Part shown: one piece after another, positions 23,804 to 36,100 of the stretch
Layout of the letters: every line of letters begins with the position of its first letter
How positions within the stretch are numbered: position 1 is the first letter of the stretch
Assembly (NCBI GenBank): GCA_038087875.1
Contig: CM075988.1
Location: forward strand, 21,826,001-21,890,000
DNA from: Malacoraja senta
Taxonomy: Eukaryota
DNA: 64,000 nucleotides
Reading direction: 5' to 3'
Translations under genes and position numbers: made by a program
Notes under the pieces: generated by a model
Databases searched by the model: none
The model's input: the letters and a program-made list of their open reading frames with translations, nothing else
Told to the model about the DNA's origin: nothing

Positions 23804-24661
23804 ACACCCGTACTAATCCAGTATCTAACTATCTCTGCCTTAAAAATATCCATTGACGGCCTCCACAGCCTTGAATATCTTCAGTTTCCTCCCACACTCC
23901 AAAGACATACAGGTTTGCAGGTTAATTAGCTTTGTTAAAATTGTAAATTCTCCCTGGTGTGTAGGATAGTGCTAGTGTACGGGGATCGCTGGTCGGCGCG
24001 GTCTCGAGTCAAAGGGCATGATTCCGCGCTGTTTCTCTAAAGTCTAAAGTGATTTATGCTTTTTATTGTTACAATTCAAAACATATCAGCTTGGTTTTAC
24101 AGTCAGTTAAATTTGAAGCACATTGTTTATCTATTTGTTTATTCTGCAGACAAGTTGTTCTCAGATATTCAAAGTCACAACTTGCCTCAGGTGGGGATTA
24201 GGAGACAGTGAAGAGATTATAAAAGGGTGTTTCTCTTTATTTCATCAGAATGAAGAATCTTACTGATAAGTAAGAGGGGTGGGGGGAACTACTTTCAGTC
24301 TGAAGAAGGGTCCCGACCCGATACGTCACCCATTCATTTTTCTCCAGAGATGCTGCCTGACCCGCTGAGTTACTCCAACACTTATCTTACTATCTGAACG
24401 CTGTTTAAAACAGCAAGTGAAAGGTAGAATATTTATTTAAATGGAAAATCGAGCGCACTAAATGTGGTAGACGGAAAGAGAGATGAATTTAAGAGAGAAA
24501 AGACACAAGAAACTGAAAGAAATCGTGAAAAATAATGATTTATTTTTGAGAAATATTGAGGTTAGTGCACTTTTCAAAAAAACTTTCGCAATCAAACTTT
24601 GAACTGAATTAGCGCCGACATTCTCAGGCAGGTTTAATGCTTATCTATCAGGTAGAATAGA

Positions 24662-24715
24662 GGGGTGGGAGATTGCAACCTTCACGTGGTCCGCCTTGTT
24701 TCGACAAATGCAATC
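24662..24715 (+). ncRNA. Minimal HDV-like ribozyme (P4 essentially absent), 54 nt
   Basis: GGGGTGG (P1) GA GATTGCA (P2) ACC (P3) TTCACGT (L3) GGT (P3') CCGCCTT (P1') G TTTCGA CAAA (J4/2, catalytic C at 24705) TGCAATC (P2'). P2 and P3 pair perfectly; P1 has three G-U pairs. Confidence 0.8.
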
Positions 24716-24802
24716 AACCTGACGTGCACAATCAAATAAGATCAAATAGAACAAGTTGTCCTACAACTTTAGGCTGTGCACGCCGTACGCAAGAAGAAGA
24801 AG
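24662..24802 (+). mobile_element. 141-bp non-autonomous retroelement with 5' HDV-like ribozyme and (AAG)n tail
   Basis: 12-bp TSD AGGTAGAATAGA at 24650-24661 and 24803-24814. Tail TACGC(AAG)4. 3' half has stems CGTGCACA/TGTGCACG and AAGTTGT/ACAACTT. Confidence 0.85.
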
Positions 24803-25359
24803 AGGTAGAATAGACACAAAATGCTGGAGTAACTCAGCGGGACAGGCAGCATCTCTGGAGAGAAGGTATTCCATCCATGTGCCTATCTAAAGGTCTCATA
24901 AATGTCACTATCGTATCTGCCTCCACCACCACCCCTGGCAGCGTGTTCCAGGCACCCACCACACTCTTTGTGAAAAAGTTGTCCCGCGCATCTCCTTTAA
25001 ATTTTGCCCCTCTCACCTTAATTTACCCATAAACTTATGCCAATATCAATAAGGTGCATTTTATTATCCATAAACTCATTTGTGTTCCTACCTCAAAATA
25101 TGGTGGATAACTGGAAATAACAAAACAAAGCTGGAGGCAAAGAAATGAGGTGAAACTGACTGACCTTCATATCAAGGCAGTATTTGATTTAAGTGGAGAA
25201 ACAAGAAACTGCAGATGCTGGTTAACACACGAAAGGACACAAAGTGCTGGAGTAACCCAGCAGGCCAAACGGCATCTCTGGAGATCCGTGTTCTCCAGAG
25301 GTTCTGCCTGACCTGCTGAGTTACTCCAGCACTTTATGTCCTTTTCAGCATTTGATTAA

Positions 25360-25665
25360 GGTGGCGCAGTGGTAGAGTTGCTGCCTTACAGAGCCAGAGA
25401 CCTGGGTTTGATCCTGACTACGGTGGCTGTCTGTACGGAGTTTGTACGTTCTCCCCGTGGCCTGTGTGGGTTTTCTCTGGGTGCTCTGGTTTCCTCCCAC
25501 ACTCCAATGACGTACAGGTTTGTAGGTTAATTAGCTTTGGTAAATATTGTACCCTGTCCCCTAGTGTGTACAGGATAGTGCTGGTGTGCAGAGATTGCCG
25601 GTCGACGCGGACTCGGTGGGCCAAGGGACCTGTTTCAGTGCTATATCTCTGGACTAAACTAAATT
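25360..25665 (+). mobile_element. tRNA-derived SINE (HE1-like); further copies at ~4875-5135(-), 6295-6520(+), 9868-10140(-), 11905-12330(+), 21190-21485(-), 22790-23040(-), 23880-24050(+)
   Basis: GGTGGCGCAGTGGTAGAG..GGTTTGATCC head, shared body and CTAAA tail. Confidence 0.85.
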
Positions 25666-25699
25666 AAGTGAGGCATCAAGGACACTGGTAAAGTGAGAC

Positions 25700-26074
25700 A
25701 CAATGGAGCAAGGAGAACCAGCTGGGAACAGACTTCGCGACCTCCGCAATTCACTGTTGCACCGAACACCACAGCCCCACCCGGCTCGGACCTGCCCCGC
25801 AAAGAGTGGGTCGCCCTGAACCGGCTCCGTACAGGGGTCGGCCGGTTCAACGCCAACATGCATCACTGGGGGGCTGCGTTCATCGGCAGCCTGCGTGTGT
25901 GGTGCAGACCAGCAAACAGCGCAGCAGCACGTCATTTTCGACTGCGCTGTCCTCCGCCCCCCCTGGTGGAGGGGTAGACCTCACGGCCCTCGACAACAGC
26001 ACATTGAAATGGCTACAGCACCTGCAGGGCCTCACATAATCCCTGCTGCCTCAAACACAAGAAGAAGAAGAAGA
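25700..26074 (+). mobile_element. 5'-truncated Vingi/Ingi-clade LINE 3' end, frameshifted (copy B ~50022-50396)
   Basis: Translates across frameshifts to PPGSDLPRKEWVALNRLRTGVGRF..MHHWG / CVCGADQQTAQ / HVIFDC, the NRLRTG + CxCG..H..C zinc-knuckle C-terminus of I-group/Vingi ORFs. Ends in (AAG)5. Confidence 0.8.
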
Positions 26075-26103
26075 TGCAGAATGGAAATTAAGGGAAATAC
26101 TCT

Positions 26104-26117
26104 CCACTAGGTGGAGC
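26104..26117 (+). promoter_or_regulatory. Candidate CTCF core motif
   Basis: CCACTAGGTGGAGC, one mismatch to CCASYAGRKGGCRS. Motif match only. Confidence 0.25.
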
Positions 26118-26135
26118 CAAGTCTAACACTATGCA

Positions 26136-26273
26136 CAATAAATGTGAACCTGGAGATTAATCATACCAGCCCCAGGGCATCATTCCAGAACTTTCCCACT
26201 GCATGGTCATTAAGGCAAGACTCCTTAAAGACTCTGGGGCTGGTATGATTCATCTCCAGGTTCACATTTATTG
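26136..26273. repeat. Isolated 40-bp inverted repeat with 58-bp spacer (copy B 50458-50595)
   Basis: CAATAAATGTGAACCTGGAGATTAATCATACCAGCCCCAG (26136-26175) versus its reverse complement at 26234-26273, one mismatch. Confidence 0.9.
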
Positions 26274-26972
26274 CGTCAAATATGGCATTGCATTGCAAGG
26301 TTAGAAGTTGGGATTTTCATAGATTGCAACATTTCTAAACTCAGAGTCATTGAGTCATACGTTGTGAGAACAGGCCTTCAGTCCAACTTGTCCACGCTGA
26401 CCAAGATGCTTCATCCACACTAGTTGCACCAGCCCACATTTGGCCAACATCCCTCTAAACCTTTCCTATCAATGTATCCAAACCTGAGGAGCAACTTTTT
26501 CACAAACTGCCAGAGGATGTAGTTGAGGCAGCTGTTGTAACAACAGAGTGTCATAGAGCCATACAGGGTGGAAATGGGCCCTTCGGCCCAACTCGCCCAC
26601 GCCGACCAACATTTAAAAGACATTTGGCCAGGAACATGGATCGGAAAGCTTTATGTGCCGATCACAGGTAAAGGGGATTAGCTAAGATGTGGATAGACAC
26701 AAAATGCTGGAGTAACTCAGCGGATCTGGAAGCATCTCTGGAGAGAAGGAATCGGTGACGTTTCCGGTCGAGACCCTTCTTCAGACATCTTAAGATGTGG
26801 ATCTTGGTTGGTATCTTGGCCTAAGGGCTTGAGCCGTACAAATCTATGACTTAATTTCATGAATAGCTGAGGTAGACACTGTGAAATTAAAATGTTGTCG
26901 GTTTGTTAAGTAGCTGTTATTCTAAGGTCACATCTCCTATTCTCTGTCCAATTATTGTAATGGTGTTTTAAT

Positions 26973-27172
26973 NNNNNNNNNNNNNNNNNNNNNNNNNNNN
27001 NNNNNNNNNNNNNNNNNNNNNNNNNNNNNNNNNNNNNNNNNNNNNNNNNNNNNNNNNNNNNNNNNNNNNNNNNNNNNNNNNNNNNNNNNNNNNNNNNNNN
27101 NNNNNNNNNNNNNNNNNNNNNNNNNNNNNNNNNNNNNNNNNNNNNNNNNNNNNNNNNNNNNNNNNNNNNNNN
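26973..27172. other. Assembly gap, 200 N
   Basis: Run of exactly 200 N between the two duplicated copies. Confidence 0.99.
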
Positions 27173-30100
27173 CGACCTACTTGATGCCACGAGTACCTAC
27201 GACTAGCATCACGACCCGCTACCACCTACCTGTAGATGATATATGCATGTGCCTTTAACATAGTGACCTCATACCTACTAACCACTCCCCATATCACAAG
27301 TATAACTACAACCTCCCCACCCACAGATCGCTCTCTAGTTCCTGTGTCAGACCACGTACAGCTAGTGCAATATGTAATGCTCCAGTATGAATAAAGATAG
27401 TAAAGTAACGATGCCTCGTTATAGCTTCTTTACATGGTGTCAGAAGTGGGATGTCGCGGTCTCCTCCGTCTCCTCCCGTTTCCCCCTTTCAGGTTCGTCT
27501 GCCCCCATCGGTGCCTCTTCTTCCTGCCGGAAGGGAGGATGGCGAGATGCGAACCCGGTCGGGACGTCTTGACAAACCGCCTGTCCGCTACGGCGATTTT
27601 GTTTAACTGTCCTAGCGCATGAGCCGTGGTCGCCCTGTCACTATTGTATTTGCCTGTCGTTTCCAAGGGGAAGGATGTAGATGATATATGCATGTGCCTT
27701 TAACATAGTGACCTCATACCTACTGACCACTCCCCATATCACAAGTATAACTACAACCTCCCCACCCACAGATCGCTCTCTAGTTCCTGTGACACACCAC
27801 GTACAGCTAGTGCAATATGTAATGCTCCAGTATGAATAAAGATAGTAAAGTAATGATGCCTCGTTATAGCTTCTTTACACTACCTACGACCTCCTACGAC
27901 CTTGTGACGTCCATGCTGCGAGTATGAGTCGAGGGCAAACTCGGCAGAGGTCGTGAAAGTGGGACAGGCCCTTAAGTCCTCCTTTTACACGATTAAATCA
28001 TTTACACGATTAGATTACAGGGCAGCAGGGAGAAGATGTTGTGGGCCAGTTTCACTGTGTTGTTCGCAGGGAATGCGTGAGGCTACTCTGCAGACCAACA
28101 GTAAGAGCTTTTTAATCGGGGTTGGACAAATGCAAACATTAAATGACGATAATAACCGAGGCTGCTCTCTCTCCTGACAATGTGGCAGCCACATGGGTGG
28201 CCGTGTTTGCATAATTGAGGCAGGTTCGTGTGAAAACAACTCGGGAACAGCAATCTCTATGAAAAGAGAGGGCGACAATTATCTTAATAATTAGGCATAA
28301 CATCTTTATGTGATTATGATTTCTACACAGGTGGATAAAGACCAACCAAACTTATAATGCAGATTTAATGGGATCATCGAAACGTGGGAATGAATTGTAA
28401 AAAGCAAAGATTTCAAGGCTAAGATGGATAGGGAAGGTTTAGATGGGTAGGAAAGATTTAGCAGGATATGGGGCCAAACGCGAGCAAATGGGACTATCTT
28501 GGACCATCTTGGTCAGCATGGACGAGTTGGGCCGAAGGGCCTGTTTCTGTGCTGTATGACAATAGACAATAGGTGCAGGAGTAGGCCATTCGGCCCTTCG
28601 AGCCAGCACCGCCATTCAATGTGATCATGGCTGATCATCCCCAATCAGTACCCCGTTCCTGCCTTCTCCCCATATCCCCTGACTCTGCTATTTTTAAGAG
28701 CCCTATCTAGCTCTTTCTTGAAAGCATCCAGAGAACCTGCCTCCACTGCCCTATGAGGCAGAGAATTCCACAGACTCGCCACTCTCTGTGAGAAAAAGTG
28801 TTTCCTCGTCTCCGTTCTAAATGGCTTACTCCTTATTCTTAAACTGTGGCCCCTGGTTCTGGACTCCCCCAACATCGGGAACATTGGACTTAGGCTGAGG
28901 AAGAACTGAGCAAGTGGTGCTGAAACAATGAGTGTGAGAGGGTCACCGATGCAAACTGTTTGGATTATTGGTGGTTTTCTTTATGTTAGTTTATTGTCCG
29001 TGTACGAGGTACAATGAAAAGCTGGGCATGGCCATCAGGAAGGATGAGTAGATGGTGAGGAGGGTTACTGGAATGGCTCCAAAGAGTTTGAGACTCCACT
29101 GCTGTGTAGACCTGGAGAGAATGGGGGTGATTTCCATCAGAATGTGTAAGGATAAGTGAAATGACATTCCATTGGTTTCCTCTGCTCCAGAAACAGGCCC
29201 TTCGGCCCATCTAGTCCGCGCCAACCACCGATCACCCAGTACGCTAACACTATCCTCCACACTAGGGACAATTTACAATCTTTACTGAAGCCAATTAACC
29301 GACAAACCTGCACGTCTTTGGGGTGTGGGAGGAAACTGGAACACCTGGAGAAACGGGGAGCACGTGCAAACTCCATACAGACAGCACCCGTAGTCAGGAT
29401 TGAACCCGGGTCTCTGGCGCTGTAAGACAGCAACTCCACCACTGTGCTGCCTGGCACCAGATACCCCACTTACACCACGTCGGAGATATCTCAGGGCAGC
29501 CCAGTGAGGAAGCACGTTTAATATATAATATTCATACTGTATATAATATCGGGGTGACACGATAGCTTTTCACACAGACGGCGGTGGGTATATGGAACAA
29601 ACTGCCGGAGGCAGTAGTTGAGGTAGGTACTTTGAGTTTGAGGTTAGTTTATTGTCACATGTACCGAGGTACGGAGAAAAGCTTTTGTTGCGTGCTAACC
29701 AGTCAGCGGAAAGGCAATACATGACAAACCATCGACAGTGTACAAATATATTGGTACGTGGAATAGGAAAGGTTTGGAGGAATGTTGGCTGGAAGGTGGG
29801 CAGGTGGGACAAGTGTAGATGGGAGCATCTTTGTCGGTGCAATGAATATTTTACCCATAACCTATCCAGGTCTACCGAGATGCACAAGAAACCAGTTCTC
29901 TGCACTACAGGCCAAATTGAATACCAGTGCAAGGTGAATAGGTGCAGAAGAGGGAGAGGTGTCCCTCAGGGAGTCCAACATCAAACAGAAAGGGACAACA
30001 ACACAACAAAGAGTTGGGGAATTCACCGCTGGTGCTGTCAGCAGAGCAATTTGCTGATCTTTGATCAGATAAATCTTTGAGGCCTTAATTATATTAAAAG

Positions 30101-33100
30101 GATTTCATGTTTGAAAGTTCCAATTTACAATTCCCAGTAGAGTATCAATAATTTTAAATTATTGGGCAGTAAAAATTAATGGCTATTAATTCGGACTTGG
30201 AAGAACATTATTCTCTAGTATGACCATGAAACAATGTCTTAATAAAACCATGTAATTATTTCAACAATTCAATTTGACATTGAATTTAATTAGTTGACAT
30301 TTTTGGCTTTAGAAACCCAAACTACGGCTCGGTTTATGTATATGCAATTAAATGGGGAGCTAAACTCCTTTGAAAGAATCCACACTAATGGAGTACAGTT
30401 TCAAAAGTTCAAAAGCATAGGTAATTTCCCCTTCAAAGAATCCAAGATGTGACAAGACCTTGGTTGGTCTTGGTCTGCAAACATTGACTTCCTGCCACAT
30501 ACACATAGCCCTTGAATTCAACGTGAAGCTTCAGATTGGTTATTCTGGCAATGTTTTCACAAAAAAATCACCTCTGGAGCGGATTAAAAGTAAGAGTCAC
30601 TCATTTTGGGACAGCAGTAGTTGCTGCCTTACAACACCAGAGACCCGGGTTCGATCCTGACTGCAGGTGCTGTCTGTACAGAGTTTGTAGGTTCTCCCCG
30701 TGACCACGTGGGTTTTCACCGGGTGCTCCAGTTTCTTCCCGCAATTTGTCCCTAGTGCCTAGGATAGTGCTAGTGTAAGGAGTGATCGCGAACTCAGTGA
30801 GCCAAAGGACCTGTCTCCACCCTGTATCTCTATTGTCTTAGTTAGGTAGATTAGCTTATTGTCACGTCTACCAAGGCACAGTGAAAAGCTTTTGTTACGT
30901 GCTAACCAGTCAGTGAAAAGACAATACACGATAACAATCGAGCCGTGACAAAGATGAGGTGACATTCCTTCGCGCAGAGTCTTTAGTATTTGTAACACTT
31001 TTTCTCAAAGGGCAGTGGAGCAGAGTCCTAGAATAAGTTTAAGGTAAAGGTAGAACGTTTCTAGACAGACAAGGGGGTGAGAGGCCAGTGCAGGTAGATG
31101 CGGAACTGAGGTTATAATCTGATCAACTTTGATCTGATTGAATGGTAGAACAATGTTACATCTAGTTTTAGAAGCTTACACACTGAGCCTACACCCACTC
31201 CCCCGCCCCTCCCGCCGTTATCCCCCCCAAAGTAACCTTCTCTGCAATCAAATAAATAAGATTGTTCCTGGTGTGTGTAAGATAGTGTTAGTGTGCGGGG
31301 ATCACTGGTCAGTGTGGACCCGATGGGCCGAAGGGCCTGTTTCCACGCTGTATCTCTAAAACTAAAACTAAAACAAAGGATAAAGAATGCAGGTATTGAC
31401 AAAAGACCTGTCAGGTGCTGTGCTGAGGAACAACATTGCTGCACAGTGGATAGTTGGAGACTGGAATGCAATGCAAAGGTAATCATGCAGGAAGATCCAG
31501 TTGTGGTTTGCAAAGGAATTAATTAAGTGCTTGAAATGAAAAGATTGCAGGGCAGTGGGGAGAGAGTGGGAGCATGTGCATTGTTTATTATTGATGCATG
31601 CATTCTTCTTCATGCTGTAACTACCTTGTGATAGAACAACTCTTACACCTGCCAATTGTACTGCATTACCGAGATGTGGGCAGAACCTTGGATGGCTGGT
31701 CGGTGTGGACTCGGTGGGCTGAAGGGCCTGTCTTCGTGCTGTATCTCTAAAACTAAACTAAACTAAAACTCGTGCCAACATGTGCACTTCCTGCCTTAAA
31801 GCCCTGTCCCACGGTACGAGTTCATTCCAAGAGCTCTCCCGAGTTTGCCCTGATTCGAACTCGGAGATTTACAGTAATGGCCACTCGTCGGTACTCGGGG
31901 CTCTCGCGGACATTTTTCAACATGTTGAAAAATCTTCACGCGTCTTCCCGTGCTTACCTGCCGTTAGCGAGTCTTCCCGAGTACCCTGCCGTTAGCGCTA
32001 AGAGACGTCCCCGAGCTCCGACGTACCCGCTACGTTCATTCTCCGTGCTTACCACGAGTTTGATTTTTTTTAAACTCGGGAGAGCTCTTGGAATGAACTC
32101 GTACCGTGGGACAGGGCTTTTACATAAGGAGGCCAATACTATGCGTGGAATGTCAGGTCTGGTCTCACCAATGCTCTATATAACTGTGTGGAGCTGAGGA
32201 TATAATCAGATCAACTATGGTAGAGCAATGTGATGTGCAGTTTTAGAAGCTTCCACACTGAGCCTACACCCCCCCCCCCTCTCTGCAATCAACTAATAAT
32301 GTTCTGTATAAACATCAGTGGTGTTACACTGAAACTCAAATATTAAAGTTGGTCAATGCCAACTCTTTGTACTGGTCCTAAATCAAAAGTATTTAATTGT
32401 CATATATACCAAAAACAGAACAATAAAATCCTTACTTGCAGCAGCATCACAGGCCTGTAAACACAGTACTGAATAGATACTGTAACATGATAAACAAAAA
32501 AATCAAGAATTAAAAAAATTAAAAAAAATATTATTTCTAAAAGCCGGAAGTCCTCAGTGCCGTTACAGTTTAGTTTATTGTCATGTGCATCGAGGTATAG
32601 TGAAAAGATTTTGTTGTGTGCTATCCAGTCAGCGGACGTCAGAAGTTCTTCAGCTTGAAGAAGGGTCTCTACCCGAAACGTCACCCATTCTTTCTCTCCA
32701 GAGATGGTGCCTGTCCCGCTGAGTTGCTCCAGCATTTGTGTCCATCAGCGGAAAGACAATATGTGATGACAATCGAGCCATTTACAGGGTATAGATACAC
32801 GACAACGCAGCAACCAAGACAGTTTGTAGTTTATACTTTAGTTATGCCCCTGTCCCACTTAGGCATTTTTTTAGGCGACTACAGGCGACTAGGCTGTCGC
32901 CACATGGTGTCGCCCGCATGGCCGTGAGGAGCCTCCTCAGTCGCCCAAAGAATCGTCGCGTGTTTCTGGTCGCCGCTGGATTTTGAAATGTTCAAAACTT
33001 TTCGGCGACAGTGGGTTTGACGCCAATGAGCGTTGCTTGACTTCTCCTGACGTAGGTGCTGTCGTAGGTTGTCGCCAGGATGACGTAGGTTGTCGCCCGT

Positions 33101-36100
33101 GCTGACTTCGGTGAATTCCATTGGCGACTACCTGCGTCAACCAGCGACCGAATTGTCTTACCTTGTGTGGTCGCGGGTGGACGTAGGTTGTCGTAGGTGT
33201 GATCGTAGGTGGATGTCCTAATGAGTCGCCGGCTCTCGGTAGCTTGCCGTAGCTGAACGTCGACTAGGTGGTAGGTTGTCGTAGACATTGCCGTAGGGGG
33301 GTCCAGTCACCGTTTTTCGGCGACCTGCTACGACTATGACAGTCGCCGGCAGTCACCGACAAAAATCGCCTAAGCGGGACAGGCCCATTAGGGTTTGTAT
33401 ACTAGCATTCAAAAGCCTGATGGTTGCCGTGCCTTGAAGCGAGTGATTGGTACACAAACATGTCGCATACATGTTTCAGTTTTCCCTCACCAAATGGTTT
33501 ACTATTTTGACTTTGCCTCTTTCAGAGAAAACAGAATAATAATTATACCAAAATAAGATCTGAAAACGTGAACACCAAGACAATAGACAATAGGTGCAGG
33601 AGTAGGCCATTTGGCCCTTCGAGCCAGCACCGCCATTCAATGTGATCATGGCTGATCATCCCCAATCAGTACCCCGTTCCTGCCTTCTTCCCATATCCCC
33701 TGACTCCGCTATCTTTAAGAGCCCTATCTAGCTCTCTTTTGAAAGCATGCAGAGAACCGGCCTCCACCGCCCTCTGAGGCAGAGAATTCCACACTCGCCA
33801 CTCTCTGTAAGAAAAAGTGTTGCCTCGTCTGCGTTCTAAATGGCTTACTCCTTATTCTTTGAGTCTGCATCGAGCGCACTGCACCTCTGCCCAAGATCAT
33901 ATTAGGCTGTGAAGGGAGAGACTAAAATCTTTTCTTGCAGGAAGGTCTTTATCTTAGGAAGGAACTGCACATGCTGGTTTAAACCAAAGATAGACACAAA
34001 AAGCTGGAGTAACCCAGCGGGACGGGCAGCATCTCTGGAGAGAAGGAATGGTTGACGTTTCAGGTCGAGACACTTCTTCAGACTCGACCCGAAACGTCAC
34101 CCATTCCTTCTCTCCAGAGATGCTGCCCGACCTGCTGAGTTACTCGAGCTTTTTGTGTCTATCTTCAGCTCTTTAGTTTAGCTACAGCATGGAAACTGGC
34201 CCTTCATCCCACCGAATCCACGCCGACCAACGATCCCTGTACACTAGCACTACCCTACACACTAGGGACAATTTACAATCTTTACTGAAGCCAATTAACC
34301 TACAAACCTGTACGTCTTTGGAAGAAACCGGAGAAAACCCACATGGTCACATACAAACTCCACACAGACAGCACCCATGGTCATGATTGAACCTGGGGCT
34401 CTGGCGCTGGTTGGCAGCAACTCTACCGCTGCACCACCGTGCCGCGCTATCTAAGTCAGAGCTTGGCATGAAAAGAAAGCTCTCACCCCTTGGGGAAGGT
34501 GACTTTGTTCCAGTGAAGAAGGCCAATGAGGGCAGGATTTATCCTCGTGTAGATCCATCTGTTGACACATAGATGGTGCCCAAGGACAGAAGACTGCAGA
34601 TGTTATGAGGGGTGCTGGGATAAGCTTAGTTACGACAGACCAGTCGGTTTAATCTCAGGAATGGGTGAAGTTAGTCACAGAGACATGCAGTGTACAACCC
34701 GCCCATTCGGCCCACCAAGTACAAGCCATCTATCAAGCATCCATTCACTCTAATCCTATTTTTTTCCCTCCCACAGTCCTTTCAACCTCTAGATTCTAAC
34801 ATCCAAAAGAAAGGTCTTGACCCGATACGTCACCCATTCCTTCTCTCCAGAGATGCTGCTTATCCCGCTGAGTTACTCCAGCTTTTTGTGTCTATCTTCA
34901 GTTTATGAATGTTTTATTTAGGAACTTTCAACATTGACTCTTTGGAGAATGCATCGTCGATTCACAATGCATTTTCACGTGAAAAACCGCTTACCACGCT
35001 GCGTGCATATTTACCGAAAAAGATTTAAAAAACAATTTGCTCCACTGTTTCCATTTTAAAAATTTTGCTTGACAAAATGTTTTGTGGGAATGCATCTCTA
35101 GTTTAGTTTAGGGATACAGCGCAGAAACAGGCCCTTCGGCCCACCGGGTCTGTGCCGACCAGCGATCCCCGCACATTAACACTAACCTACAAGCAATAGA
35201 CAACAGGTGCATGAGTAGGCCATTCGGCCCTTTGAGCCAGCACTGCCATTCAATATGATCATGGCTGATCATCCCAAATCAGTACCCTGTTCCTGCCTTC
35301 TCCCCATATCCCCTGACTCCTCCCCTGACCCCGCTATTTTTAAGAGCCCTATCTAGCTCTCTCTTGAAAGCATCCAGAGAACCTGCCTCCACCGCCCTCT
35401 GAGGCAGAGAATTCCACAGACTCACCACTCTCTGTGAGAAAAAATGTTTCCTCATCTCCGTTCTAAATGGTTTACTCCTTATTCTTAAACTGTGGCCCCT
35501 GGTTCTGGACTCCCCCAACATCGGGAACATGTTTCCTGCCTCTAGCGTGTCCAAGCCCTTAACAATCTTATATGTTTCAATGAGATATCCTCTCATCCTT
35601 CTAAATTCCAGAGTGTACAAGCCCAGTTGCTCCGTTCTCTCAGCATAGGACACTCCCGCCATCCCGGGAATTAACCTTGTAAACCTACGCTGCACTCCCT
35701 CAATAGCAAGAATTTACGCTGCACTCCCTCAATAGCAAGAATTCCCACACACTAGGGAAAATATTTTTACACCTACACCAAGCCAATTAACCTACAAACC
35801 TGTACGTCTTTGGAGTGTGGGAGGAAACCGAAGATCTCGGAGAAAATCCACGCGGTCACGGGAATAACGCACAAACTCCGTACAGACAGCACCCGTAGTC
35901 GGGATCGAACCCGGGTCTCTGGTGCTGCAAGCGCTGTAAGGCAGAAACTCTGCTAATGCGCCACCGTGCCACCATATTTCACAACTGAAGGAAGGGCCAT
36001 CCTTAAAAGGACACTGAAGAAGGGTCCCGACCCGAAACGTCACCTGTCGATGTTCTCCAGAGATGCTACATGACCCGCTGAGTTACTCCAGCACTCTGCA

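Larger units (their letters stand above)
2860..26972 (+). repeat. Copy A of a ~24.1-kb near-identical direct duplication (probable haplotypic/false duplication)
   Basis: Sequence after the gap (27173 cgacctacttgatgcc) matches 2860 onward. Sequence before the gap (tggtgttttaat, 26972) matches up to 51294. ORF-track offsets are 24313 at the start and 24322 at the end. Confidence 0.97.
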
